A DNA stretch of 64,000 nt, taken from the NCBI GenBank assembly GCA_050633305.1, contig JBOEGF010000023.1, positions 32,001 through 96,000 of the forward strand, in the 5' to 3' direction. Shown here piece after piece: positions 39,199-48,675 of the stretch (positions are counted from its first letter, which is position 1; every line of letters begins with the position of its first letter). This DNA is from Nannocystales bacterium. GTDB lineage: Bacteria > Myxococcota_A > Polyangia > Nannocystales > Nannocystaceae. A program made the position numbers and the translations under genes. Under the pieces are notes generated by a model. It was given only the letters and a program-made list of their open reading frames with translations. It had not been told where the DNA came from and did no database searches.

Positions 39199-39540
39199 TC
39201 AAGTCGCCGGGGCACCCGAGAACTGCAGACCCTCAGGAAGGACAACGAAGAACGTCGTGTCTTCCTCGGCATGACCGTCGTGCTCCACCCCGGGCGGCGT
39301 CCACAGGTAGTCTCCGGCGCGAAGCACGTGCTCTCCGACGCGCAGGCAACCGGACACGAGGTACGTCTCCTCGCCGCCAGCATGGGTATGCAACGGCGCG
39401 TGCGACCCGGCCGCCATTCGAACAAACATCGTCGAGCTGCCCCCGTCTCCCGCGCGCAGGAGCGAGAACTCCAGGCCGGGGCCTTGCTGGGTCCACTGAA
39501 TCGACGCGTGGGGTTGGTGAATGATCATGTTTCGAACCAT
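39199..39540 (-). CDS. ChrR-like cupin domain protein
   Basis: PLHTHAGGEETYLVSG...GDYLWTPPGVEH. Confidence 0.85.
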   Translation of the reverse strand: MVRNMIIHQPHASIQWTQQGPGLEFSLLRAGDGGSSTMFVRMAAGSHAPLHTHAGGEETYLVSGCLRVGEHVLRAGDYLWTPPGVEHDGHAEEDTTFFVVLPEGLQFSGAPAT

Positions 39541-39555
39541 GGCGCCTCGAGGCCC

Positions 39556-39600
39556 ATGCGAGAAACGCATTGTTTTCATGGCTTGATGCGCCATTCTCAT
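39556..39600. promoter_or_regulatory. LysR T-N11-A boxes between the divergent cupin and LysR genes
   Basis: Perfect ATGCG-agaaa-CGCAT (39556-39570) and ATG-N9-CAT (39586-39600). Confidence 0.7.
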
Positions 39601-39603
39601 CAA

Positions 39604-40527
39604 GTGAGCACGACGACTCAGTTGGGGCTCCTCGAAGTGAGGCACCTGCATCTCGTCCGCGCCATCGCCGAGGAGGGCGGCCCCACGCGAGCGGGCACGG
39701 TGTTGCACCTCAGCCAGTCTGCCGTGAGTCACCAGCTCGCCGATCTAGAGCGGCGTCTCGGCGTGGACTTGTTTGTCCGCGAGCGGCGACGCCTCCACCT
39801 CACCGAGGCCGGCAAACGCATCGTCGAACTCGGGCAAAGGGTTCTACCGGACTTCGCCCAAACCGAGCGAGATGTCCGCAGCGCGGGTCGCAAGCGTCGC
39901 CGCATTCGACTCACGACCGAGTGCTTCAGCGGCTACCACTGGCTTCCGCTGGTCCTGCCCCAGATCCGACGGGAGTTCCCCCATGTCGACCTCAGCATCG
40001 ATGTGGAGGCGATGCGCCGCCCGGTCACCGCGCTGCTTCGCGGCCGTCTCGATCTCGCCGTCATCAGCACGCGGGTGGATGAACCCTCCCTGCGTATCGA
40101 CCCCTTGTTTGACGACGAGTGGGTCGTCATCACCGCCCCCTCGCACCCATTGAGCGATCGACAGTACGTCCGGGTACGGGACCTCTCTGCGCACACCGTG
40201 CTCGCCCATCACGCGTCCAAGCAGGACGGAAAGCGCTTCGCAGGGCTGCTCCAGGCAGAAGGTGCAACCCCTCCGGAGTTCACGGTTGTCCCGCTCACCG
40301 AGGCCCTGGTGTCATTGGTTCGCGCGGGCCTTGGTGTCGGGCTCGTCTCGCGCTGGGCCATCGCCCCCTACGAGCGCTCCGGGCAGATCGCGGTTCGGCG
40401 GTTCACCAAGAAGGGGCTCCGCGAGCGTTGGTCCGCTGCCTACCGAACCGACGCGAAGGACCCCGGCCCGCTCGTGCGCCTCGCAGAGCTCCTGCGCAGC
40501 GAAGTCAGCGTGTCGACGCCGATGTGA
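39604..40527 (+). CDS. LysR family regulator (MetR-like)
   Basis: LEVRHLHLVRAIAEEG..LHLSQSAVSHQL; RLTTECFSGYHWLP. Confidence 0.92.
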   Translation: MSTTTQLGLLEVRHLHLVRAIAEEGGPTRAGTVLHLSQSAVSHQLADLERRLGVDLFVRERRRLHLTEAGKRIVELGQRVLPDFAQTERDVRSAGRKRRRIRLTTECFSGYHWLPLVLPQIRREFPHVDLSIDVEAMRRPVTALLRGRLDLAVISTRVDEPSLRIDPLFDDEWVVITAPSHPLSDRQYVRVRDLSAHTVLAHHASKQDGKRFAGLLQAEGATPPEFTVVPLTEALVSLVRAGLGVGLVSRWAIAPYERSGQIAVRRFTKKGLRERWSAAYRTDAKDPGPLVRLAELLRSEVSVSTPM

Positions 40528-40665
40528 AGCAGCCCACCGACGGGGGCACGTCGGCCTCTCGAGTTGGATCGGCCGCGATCGCGGACAGCTGGGCTCACGG
40601 CGAACACCTGTCCCCGCACCTGGGGACCCCTTGACGCTCTCCCCACCGCCTCTGACGATGGGCCG

Positions 40666-42318
40666 ATGAAACGTGGCTCTGTCTTATTCCTAGCGGGTGT
40701 TCTGGTTGGCTGCTTCTCCCCCGGCGTTCCCGAGGAATCCGACACCGGGGCAGCGGACACGGACGAGACGGGGCCCTCGACCGGGCCCAGCTCCGGAACC
40801 GACGGCGACCCGACGGGGGACCCAACCGGTGACCCCACGGGCAACCCCACCGGGGACCCAACCGGAAGCACGACCACGGACACAGACACCGACGGCACGG
40901 GCCCCGAAGGTGATGACCCACCCACGTTCGAGTCCTTCGAGGTCAACAGCTCGACCACGCCCGAGGACGTCACAGAGAGCAGCCTCGTTGCGCTCAGCGC
41001 CTCCATCACCGACGACCTGGGGGTCGAGAGTGTGGAATTCTTCGATGGAGAGACCTCGCTCGGCGTCGTGACCGAAGAACCGTGGGAGCTCGGTGCGTTG
41101 GTGACCAGTTCGGACAACGGCGGGCACGTGTACTCGGCCGTCGCGACGGACACGGGAGGGCAGACGGCGGAGAGTGACGAGGTTCAGTTGGTGAGTTCGG
41201 TCGACGGCGGGACGGTCCACGACGTGAACGAAGGGCTGTTCGAAGGCGAGGAGGGCTTTGGCTTGTTCGGAGGCATCACATCCGTCTCCGCAGACCGGCT
41301 CGTGCTTGCCGGCGCCGACGCGTCCAGCACGACCGACGACCCGCTGACCTCGCTTGTCACCCTCGACCGGGATGTCAATGAGATCAACAGCGCGTCGCTC
41401 ACAGGTGGTTTTCCCTCGACACCCTGTCGCTATGAAAACGATGTTGCGTTGATTCCGACGACGCTCGTCTTGAACACCAAGACAACGAAAAACGGCCTCG
41501 AGCTCATCACTGCATTGCGTTACGACGTCTTCGACCCGACCCTCGGCAACGTGTTGCCCGCTCAAGCCCTGCAGTTCCCAGGTGGGAACAGCATCAATGG
41601 AGCGGCGGCCGTCGAGTCGATTGGGAACGGCCTGGTCCTCGCCACGGGCCCTTCCTCGATCACCTCCTACGAATACGACCTCGACATCGCCCTGTGGGAA
41701 GACGACCTGGGCGCCACCGCGGATGACGAGGCGTTCATCCGAGCAAGCCAGTCTCTGCAGGACGGCTCGATCCTCCTCTCGGTCGTCGCCCCCGAAGGAT
41801 GCCAGGGTGCTGCAACAGAATGCCTCCGCAAGCTCAATCCGGACGGAAGCCTCGCGTGGAGCATCGGTCTGCCCTTCGCAGCAACCGAGGGAGCACTCGC
41901 CGTAGATACGCAGGGCGGTCAGTTCGTCGGCGGCAGAGTCACGGATGGCCTTCTCGTCCTGCATCTCGATGAGAACGGGGACCAATCGGCCTCCTCACTG
42001 TTCACCTTCCCGAATGAGCCGAACCCGCTCGCGGCGCATCTCGTATCTGACCAACAAGGCGGCGTAGTCGTTGCCGTTTCGACCGGTGAGCTCGACAACC
42101 TCGCGAACATCGAGAACGAAGTGGGTGTCGTATTTCGAGTCGACGCGGCGCTGAGTGAGCTCTGGCGCGTAAACGGTTTCGGGCCAGGCTCGCGTCCGGT
42201 CGCTGCACTCAGCCGAGGGACCGGCGAACTCTACGTCGTCGGGATCGAGCCTGGCGCTGACCTCCCCTCCGCGTTCGGAACGACGGGCGAGGTTTGGGTC
42301 GCACGCGCCTCCCTCTGA
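40666..42318 (+). CDS. Lipoprotein with G(D/N)PT repeat linker, Ig-like domain and probable beta-propeller
   Basis: LVGC lipobox; DDLGVESVEFFDG...YSAVATDTGGQT Ig-like motif. Confidence 0.8.
   Translation: MKRGSVLFLAGVLVGCFSPGVPEESDTGAADTDETGPSTGPSSGTDGDPTGDPTGDPTGNPTGDPTGSTTTDTDTDGTGPEGDDPPTFESFEVNSSTTPEDVTESSLVALSASITDDLGVESVEFFDGETSLGVVTEEPWELGALVTSSDNGGHVYSAVATDTGGQTAESDEVQLVSSVDGGTVHDVNEGLFEGEEGFGLFGGITSVSADRLVLAGADASSTTDDPLTSLVTLDRDVNEINSASLTGGFPSTPCRYENDVALIPTTLVLNTKTTKNGLELITALRYDVFDPTLGNVLPAQALQFPGGNSINGAAAVESIGNGLVLATGPSSITSYEYDLDIALWEDDLGATADDEAFIRASQSLQDGSILLSVVAPEGCQGAATECLRKLNPDGSLAWSIGLPFAATEGALAVDTQGGQFVGGRVTDGLLVLHLDENGDQSASSLFTFPNEPNPLAAHLVSDQQGGVVVAVSTGELDNLANIENEVGVVFRVDAALSELWRVNGFGPGSRPVAALSRGTGELYVVGIEPGADLPSAFGTTGEVWVARASL
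40804..40863 (+). repeat. Five 12-bp coding tandem repeats, G(D/N)PT
   Basis: GDPT GDPT GDPT GNPT GDPT with synonymous variation. Confidence 0.8.
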
Positions 42319-42592
42319 AGCGACCTCGTCGCCTCGGCGCCACGTGCGTCCACTGCGCATTCAACCCAGCGGTACGTATTCGCGCCCCCAATGGAAAACG
42401 CGGGCGCGTATCGGATCGCTGGTTTGAGGCGTGGTCGCTCTCGTTTTCGCCTGGGGACGGCGTCCACCACCTCGCTGACACATGGTGCCGTATTTCAAAC
42501 CATGGTAACCGGTGCTCAAAGGTGAGTCGATGTAGGCGATCCCGTGGGGGGACGGCATGAGAGACTCGACCCGCCTAAGAGGGAGTGGAAAC

Positions 42593-43714
42593 ATGAAGAA
42601 GATTGCTTTGATGGTAGGCGTCGTTACGGCTCTTGTGGGAGCTGAGGCACACGCAGAGACGGACGCGGACAACTTCAACCCACAGACCACGTTCCGGCCG
42701 AACGAGTTCCCGTGGACGTCAGGTCCGATCAACTTGATCCTCGGCGCTTCGATCGCGCTCAACGCTTCCGCGTACCACGAGATCGACATCGAGATGCTCG
42801 GTCAGGGTGAGTACGATTTCGACGCGCAGACTCTCAACTTCACGGGTGACGCTGATGGCGGCACGATGGAGAACGCGCTCGGTTTTGAGGTTAGCGTGAC
42901 CTTCAGTTTTCCGGGCCTTGGCGACTTCGATCTAGGCCTCTACAACATCGAAGAGACAGCGGACGGAACCTTCTCGCCCTACCTTCTTCCCGGAGACGTC
43001 GAGCGTCCGTTTGGGGTGAACGAGTCGATCGGGCCCAACGACCTCTTCGACACTGCGTTTTCGTTCGGCGTCGACGTCACCCTCGACGTGGACTGGGTCC
43101 TCAACGTTCCGGGCATCGAGTACCGGAGCAACCGAATTCTCCTCACCGACGGCGAGGACTCGGTCATCGCCAATGAGGTCGGCGTCTACGACGCAGAAGA
43201 CGACAACTTGGACCTCATCTTGCCCGATCTGGTTCCGGGTGAGTCGAGTGATATCTACGCGACGCTAGAGGGCCAACTCGACGCGGAGATTGCATTCGTC
43301 TTCATCATCAACGCAACAGTCAGCGAGATCCCGGTGGGCCCCATCGAAGTCCCTCTCGACTACCCGGTCAACGAAGGACTTGAAGTCGTGTTCCCGGTCG
43401 AGCTGCTCACGTTCGACGTGCCCGAAGCTCCCGAGCCCGGCACCTCGACCGGCTCCGCAGACGGATCCACCACCGATGAGCCCGCCGCAGACAGCAGCGG
43501 CGGAGACTCCGACTCCGACTCCGACGGCACCACGACCGGTGACCCGATCGACCCCAGCACCTCCGGCGGAGACGGGTCCTCGGGCGGCGGCCTTCCGGCT
43601 GCACCCTCGCCTTCGGACTCCGGCTGCGGCTGCACGGCCAACACCGATGCGGGTGGGTTCACGTGGCTGCTCGGCTTGTTCGGTCTCGTGATGCTTCGAC
43701 GTCGGCGCGACTAG
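42593..43714 (+). CDS. MYXO-CTERM-sorted surface protein
   Basis: Signal peptide MKKIALM...AHA; C-terminal SGCGC + TM + RRRRD. Confidence 0.88.
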   Translation: MKKIALMVGVVTALVGAEAHAETDADNFNPQTTFRPNEFPWTSGPINLILGASIALNASAYHEIDIEMLGQGEYDFDAQTLNFTGDADGGTMENALGFEVSVTFSFPGLGDFDLGLYNIEETADGTFSPYLLPGDVERPFGVNESIGPNDLFDTAFSFGVDVTLDVDWVLNVPGIEYRSNRILLTDGEDSVIANEVGVYDAEDDNLDLILPDLVPGESSDIYATLEGQLDAEIAFVFIINATVSEIPVGPIEVPLDYPVNEGLEVVFPVELLTFDVPEAPEPGTSTGSADGSTTDEPAADSSGGDSDSDSDGTTTGDPIDPSTSGGDGSSGGGLPAAPSPSDSGCGCTANTDAGGFTWLLGLFGLVMLRRRRD

Positions 43715-43737
43715 ACCGCGCTTGCATCCGGCGAATC

Positions 43738-43765
43738 GGCCACCTCGAAAGGGGTGGCCTTTTTC
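43738..43765 (+). terminator. Rho-independent terminator
   Basis: ggccacctc-gaaa-ggggtggcc followed by ttttt. Confidence 0.85.
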
Positions 43766-43782
43766 GTGGTTCGTTGACGTAT

Positions 43783-44352
43783 CTAGAGCAGTGGGAGCTG
43801 CGGAGGGACAAGCCGCTCCAGTACTTCGGCCTCGACGCGCTCCAACCATCCCTCGCGGTTCTCCGGCGTGAGATGCATGGCCGGCATCTCTCGGCGCGCG
43901 AGCTCTCGCCGCACGCCATCCTCGACGGCGCGCTGAAAGCTCGGGTCGGTCGCGCGCAGCCCGTCCGCGCGGGGATCTTCGATGATCGGGACCACGACCA
44001 ACAGGTCGTACGACGACATCCAGCCGTCGAGGAGACTCTCGAGCGCCTGCTGCCGACCCGCGGCGAGCATCATGTACACGTAGTTGTCGAGCGCGCTGCG
44101 ATCGCACACGACCACGGCGTGACGCTCGGCTGCCACGATCTCCGCGGCGATCTGCGTGTGCAAGATCCACGACTGCGCGGCGACGCTGGTCTGTTCGTTG
44201 ATGGGCAGGGGGCACAGCCGCGCCACCTCGTGCACCATCTCCAACGAGACGTCGCGCGCCTTGAGCCTCGCGGCAAGGCCGTAGCACAAGGTGGTCTTGC
44301 CCACGCCGTGACTTCCGATGAAGGCAAGCTTCAGGCGCTGGGCGTCCGACAT
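43783..44352 (-). CDS. P-loop nucleotide-kinase-like ATPase (AAA_28/NadR-type)
   Basis: AFIGSHGVGKTT, EVAR, VCDRSALDNYVY, YDL. Confidence 0.85.
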   Translation of the reverse strand: MSDAQRLKLAFIGSHGVGKTTLCYGLAARLKARDVSLEMVHEVARLCPLPINEQTSVAAQSWILHTQIAAEIVAAERHAVVVCDRSALDNYVYMMLAAGRQQALESLLDGWMSSYDLLVVVPIIEDPRADGLRATDPSFQRAVEDGVRRELARREMPAMHLTPENREGWLERVEAEVLERLVPPQLPLL

Positions 44353-44429
44353 CGCGGGGAGTCTACGCTCCCCGCCGCATCGAAATCCTCCTGACCGCGC
44401 GATGCGTCTCTAGGCCCGCTGTGCGGCCC

Positions 44430-45587
44430 TCAGGCGCACGTGAACACGGCGTCGAGGGACTGAACCGCGGTGTCAATGTCCGCCGCAACAGGGAGCCCAG
44501 CGGCCCAGAAGCTCTCCAGAGAACCGTAGCTGGCAGCGTCACGTTCGTTGCCGGCCCGGTCGAGAACAGGGCCGAGGATCTCCAAGCCCGCCCAGGCCGC
44601 CTCTGCGTCGACGCCCTCGAGATCCCTCAGCGCCTCGAGCCGAGTTCGCACGATCTGCGCCAGACCGAAATCGAGGGCTGTGGTCAGCTGACTCTGCGCG
44701 GAGCACAGCAGCGCTTGGCCATCCATGTCGAGGTCGGCAATCGAGGGCGTGTCGTCGGCGGGGTGAACGTCCCGAATGCATCGGAAGGCGCTGAACCCAT
44801 CCCAGATCGCTTCGTGCGCGTCGGCGCTCACGTCCCGGACGTCGGAGGCAAGTCCGATGCCACCCGCCCGGTCGAAGCCCCCGGTGTAGTACGCCCATGC
44901 CGAGTCGCAGTCTTTCGCCTTGCCCGTGAAGCAAGTGTTCGCCTCTTTGTAGACGGACAAGTAGAGGAACCACAACCCTGCGGCCTCGATGCGCGCAACG
45001 TGGACGTCGGCCTCGCCCTCCCCGGTCTGACCCGCGGCGAAGGCGTCGTTGATGATCGGCGCGATGAGAGCCGGACCCGCACAACGCTCGGGATACGCAA
45101 CCACGTTCTCGGGGACCGTGCATTGCTTGTCACCGTCCACGCCCGGGTCCCAGTCCGACTCGGGGATCTCGGCGAAGTGGAGGTCTTCGCGTCGCTGAAG
45201 CCGAGACTCGAGGCCCTCATCCTCGGAGTACTTCGCCCGGGCCGCGGTGAAGCCGTCGGCCGAGACATCACCCGCGAGGATCGACAAGACCTCTTCGTAC
45301 GCCTCGACGCGCGCGATGGAGCTGGGCGTCCCGTCTACCAGACTATAGCTACCGTCGTCGGTGACACACGCGGGGTAGCTGTCCTCTGCGCCCGGTTGAT
45401 AGTCGTTGGGGCTGGGCGAACACGCGGCGAGGTCGTCTTCGGAGACCAGGTCGCCGCAGGCGTACTCCATGCCGCCTTCGCTCCCACCGTCGGTATCCCC
45501 GGTATCGCCACCAGGCTCGTCGTCGCAACCCCACGCACCGAGCGCGAGCACGAGCACGCCCGCACGAAGTCCAAGCTCCTTCAGCAT
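44430..45587 (-). CDS. Acidic helical lipoprotein, possibly FEA1/imelysin-like metal-binding
   Basis: AWGC lipobox; YLSVYKE...CDSAWAYYTG motif. Confidence 0.75.
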   Translation of the reverse strand: MLKELGLRAGVLVLALGAWGCDDEPGGDTGDTDGGSEGGMEYACGDLVSEDDLAACSPSPNDYQPGAEDSYPACVTDDGSYSLVDGTPSSIARVEAYEEVLSILAGDVSADGFTAARAKYSEDEGLESRLQRREDLHFAEIPESDWDPGVDGDKQCTVPENVVAYPERCAGPALIAPIINDAFAAGQTGEGEADVHVARIEAAGLWFLYLSVYKEANTCFTGKAKDCDSAWAYYTGGFDRAGGIGLASDVRDVSADAHEAIWDGFSAFRCIRDVHPADDTPSIADLDMDGQALLCSAQSQLTTALDFGLAQIVRTRLEALRDLEGVDAEAAWAGLEILGPVLDRAGNERDAASYGSLESFWAAGLPVAADIDTAVQSLDAVFTCA

Positions 45588-45727
45588 GCCCCGATGGTCC
45601 GTCTCCTCGGAGTTGTGCGAAAGCGGACATGCCCCGGACAAAGTTGGAGGGGATTCCCCCCAGTCCGAGCGTGCCTGACCCAGCGATGGAACCCTGTTGG
45701 GAGAACCCGCTGGAACAGGTGGGGCCG

Positions 45728-46372
45728 CTAGGCTGTGACCAAGCCGATGCGAATCGCGTGGCGGACCATGCCAGCGACATTCTTGGTCTCGAGCTTGGCC
45801 ATGAGTCGGCCGCGGTGGCCCTCGATCGTCTTCACGCTCAACCCCAGGTCTTTCGCAATCTCGGGGCTGGATTTTCCCTCGGCCACGAGCTTGAGCACTT
45901 GCCGTTCTCGGGGCGTGAGGTCGGAGCCTGCGCGCGGACCGGACACACCGCGCGAATCATCGAGGACGATCTTGGCGACCTCGGGACTGAAGAACGCGTT
46001 GCCCGACGCCACCGCGACGATGGCCGACACGAGGTCAGAAAGCCCAGATCCCTTGAGCAGGTATCCGCCAGCCCCGGCTCGAATCGCCGGCCGCACATGC
46101 TCGCCAGTGGAGTACATGCTGAGGATCAGCACTTGCGTGTCGGGGAACTGCTTGCGGATGAGCTTGGTCGCCTCGACACCGTCCAACTCCGGCATGTTGA
46201 GGTCCATGACGGCAACGTGTGGCTGGTGTTGTTCGACCAAAGCCACGCCGTCTTTGCCGTTGTCCGCCTCACCGACGACTTCGATGTCGTCTTGGCCATC
46301 AAGCAGGGCCCGAAGGCCTTCGCGGACGATCTGGTGGTCTTCCACCAACACCACGCGGATCGAACTGGACAT
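45728..46372 (-). CDS. NarL/LuxR family response regulator
   Basis: VEDHQIVREG, VMDLNMP, GYLLK, LTPRERQVL...SVKTIEGHR. Confidence 0.95.
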   Translation of the reverse strand: MSSSIRVVLVEDHQIVREGLRALLDGQDDIEVVGEADNGKDGVALVEQHQPHVAVMDLNMPELDGVEATKLIRKQFPDTQVLILSMYSTGEHVRPAIRAGAGGYLLKGSGLSDLVSAIVAVASGNAFFSPEVAKIVLDDSRGVSGPRAGSDLTPRERQVLKLVAEGKSSPEIAKDLGLSVKTIEGHRGRLMAKLETKNVAGMVRHAIRIGLVTA

Positions 46373-46392
46373 CGAGCGGAGACTAGCACCCC

Positions 46393-47736
46393 TCACCCTC
46401 GCGCGCTCATCGGGAGCGACACCTCGATGCGGGTGCCCTCTCCGGGCGCGGAGGTGATGCTGTGCACACCGTCCAGCAACTCGACGCGCTCGCGCATCCC
46501 CACGAGTCCACGCCGTCGCGGGCCCACCGCGTCGGGGTCAAAGCCCTTGCCGTCGTCCTCGATGCGGACTGCGAGCGCGTCGCCCTCCACGCCCACCCGG
46601 ATCGTCACTTCGCTTGCCTCAGCGTGACGAGCCACATTGGTGAGCGATTCTTGGACGATGCGGTACGCGGTGGTCTCGATCGATGGGTCGAGCTCGACGT
46701 CGACGTCGTAGTGACGCTCGACCTGTACCTGCGTGGCGTCAGAGAGGTCATCCGATGCGCGGTGGATCGCGGCCTCCAACCCGACGTCGTCCAACACGGC
46801 AGGACCGAGCTGGTTCACAGCACGCCGGACCTCCTCGACCGTGTCGTCGACCATGCCGAGTGTGCGGCGCGCCATGACCGTGGTTTTTGCTTCGTCGCCC
46901 TCCCGGGTCGCGAGCAGGTCACCGATCAACTGCACGTGAATCCGAACCGCGGTGAGAGCCTGCCCGGCGGAGTCGTGGAGTTCTCTGGCGATGGCTCGGC
47001 GCTCCGCCTCCTGCATTCGGATCGCGCGCGCCGAGATCTCCCGAAGGTTCTGCTCCTTGCGTTGCAATTCCGCCAACGCATCGCGGAGCTCAGCGCTTCG
47101 AACCTCGACCTTGTTCTCGAGGGTCTCGTTGAGTCCTGCTAGGGCGGCCTGAGACTCTTCGAGACGCCCGACGAGTTCGCGGATGTTGCTTTCGGCGCGT
47201 CCCATCGCGCGCATGGGGAGGCCATAGAGCAGAACGCTCAACACGAGTCCCAATGCCCCAAACCCGAGCATCAAGGTGATCGTGTTGCGCTGCAGCGCCC
47301 GGGTGGAGATGGCCACCCAAACCCGTCCTGCGACCTCGCCGTCCACCTCGATGTCCGCACTGCGCCAGAGCGCGTCAAGCTTTGCAAGCGCCTCGATGTC
47401 ATCTGCCGAACCTCGGATCGGCACGCCCACCGCGTCGACGACCACGACCCTGTCCACGCCCGGCAACTCGAAGTTGGCGACGCGGGTAACGACCTTGGAA
47501 GCGTCGTACTTCCACAGCACAGGTCGCTCTTGCACGTCTTGCCGAAGCAGGCTCGCGGCCTCGCGGGCCGTGCCATCGGCCCGCACCTCGAGGGCGTCGC
47601 GCCCCAACCAGAAGAACGCCATCGGAGCCGAGAGACACGTGAAGAACGCCACCAGCACCGTCAAGGGCGCCAGCCGAGCGCCCAGGTAACGACGCAGCGC
47701 GAGCCGGACCTGTCCCGAGGAGTCATGCAGCGGCAT
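46393..47736 (-). CDS. Two-TM sensor histidine kinase (HisKA_3)
   Basis: ERRAIARELHDSAGQ, QESLTNVARHA, EDDGKGF, GLVGMRER; periplasmic domain with LWKYD. Confidence 0.93.
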   Translation of the reverse strand: MPLHDSSGQVRLALRRYLGARLAPLTVLVAFFTCLSAPMAFFWLGRDALEVRADGTAREAASLLRQDVQERPVLWKYDASKVVTRVANFELPGVDRVVVVDAVGVPIRGSADDIEALAKLDALWRSADIEVDGEVAGRVWVAISTRALQRNTITLMLGFGALGLVLSVLLYGLPMRAMGRAESNIRELVGRLEESQAALAGLNETLENKVEVRSAELRDALAELQRKEQNLREISARAIRMQEAERRAIARELHDSAGQALTAVRIHVQLIGDLLATREGDEAKTTVMARRTLGMVDDTVEEVRRAVNQLGPAVLDDVGLEAAIHRASDDLSDATQVQVERHYDVDVELDPSIETTAYRIVQESLTNVARHAEASEVTIRVGVEGDALAVRIEDDGKGFDPDAVGPRRRGLVGMRERVELLDGVHSITSAPGEGTRIEVSLPMSARG

Positions 47737-47737
47737 G

Positions 47738-48673
47738 TCAGCCTTCCTCCCTTGGCGCCGGCGGGACGGCACCGCGAACCCGAAGCAGCGCCCGACCTTG
47801 AGGAGACAGCGCGAAGTCGATGAATCTCTTGGCCCCCTCGCTGGGCTCGCCGTCGGTGACGAACGCGAGCTCTTTGACGAACGGATACTGGCCGGACTCG
47901 ACGTTGGTTCCAGTCGGCTCAACACCTTCGACGGCCAGCGACCGAAAGCCGGCGAGCGAAGGGTCTACGCCATTGCCGTGCAGTCCAAGGGCGCCCGGGG
48001 TGTTGGCCAGTGCCACCTGCATGGCGCCGTCGTGGTAGAGCACGCGAACGGTTCCAAGGTCTCGACTGCGGTCGGTGGCCTCGACGAACCCGGGCGCGGC
48101 CGCGTCCACAACCCGGTGGGACGAGTCCCCGGCCTCCCGCAACAGCACCACCACCTTCGCTCCGTTGCTCCACCGATCTTCGACGCCGCCGAACAAGGCC
48201 TCGAGGCGCTCGGTGGTCACCGAACGATCGGGGACGTCGAGGCCAGCCGCGACAACGACCGGGATCCTCGCGAACGGCGTGTAGACGAAGCCCTCCCGCT
48301 CCTCGTCTTCTCGCAGCGGCCGCGACACCAGGGCAACGTCGATCGCTCCATCGCGGAGCGCCCGCAGACCTCCTCCGGACCCGATGCTTGCGTGGACTTC
48401 TGCGGCAACATCGAGTTGCGGCATCGCAGTGCCCGCGAGCATCCTGGCCAGTGGGACACACGACCCGGACCCGGCGATGTGCAGGTGGGGGCCGTCCGGG
48501 CGCTCGGGTGCCTCGGCCTGAACCAGGGTGGTCAGAAACGCGGGCCGGGAGTCCTCACCGACGTCCCGCACATCGAGCACAGCCCAGCCGACAATGCCCA
48601 TGAGCACGGCGAGCGCACCGAGCCACGGGAGCCAATGTCGGCGAGGTCCTTCGCGCACGGGGAAACCGTACAC
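47738..48673 (-). CDS. PstS-fold substrate-binding protein with N-terminal membrane anchor
   Basis: IAGSGS, SIGSGGG, DVALVSRPL, LLREAGDSS, SGQYPFVKEL, FIDFALSPQG. Confidence 0.87.
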   Translation of the reverse strand: MYGFPVREGPRRHWLPWLGALAVLMGIVGWAVLDVRDVGEDSRPAFLTTLVQAEAPERPDGPHLHIAGSGSCVPLARMLAGTAMPQLDVAAEVHASIGSGGGLRALRDGAIDVALVSRPLREDEEREGFVYTPFARIPVVVAAGLDVPDRSVTTERLEALFGGVEDRWSNGAKVVVLLREAGDSSHRVVDAAAPGFVEATDRSRDLGTVRVLYHDGAMQVALANTPGALGLHGNGVDPSLAGFRSLAVEGVEPTGTNVESGQYPFVKELAFVTDGEPSEGAKRFIDFALSPQGRALLRVRGAVPPAPREEG

Positions 48674-48675
48674 CC

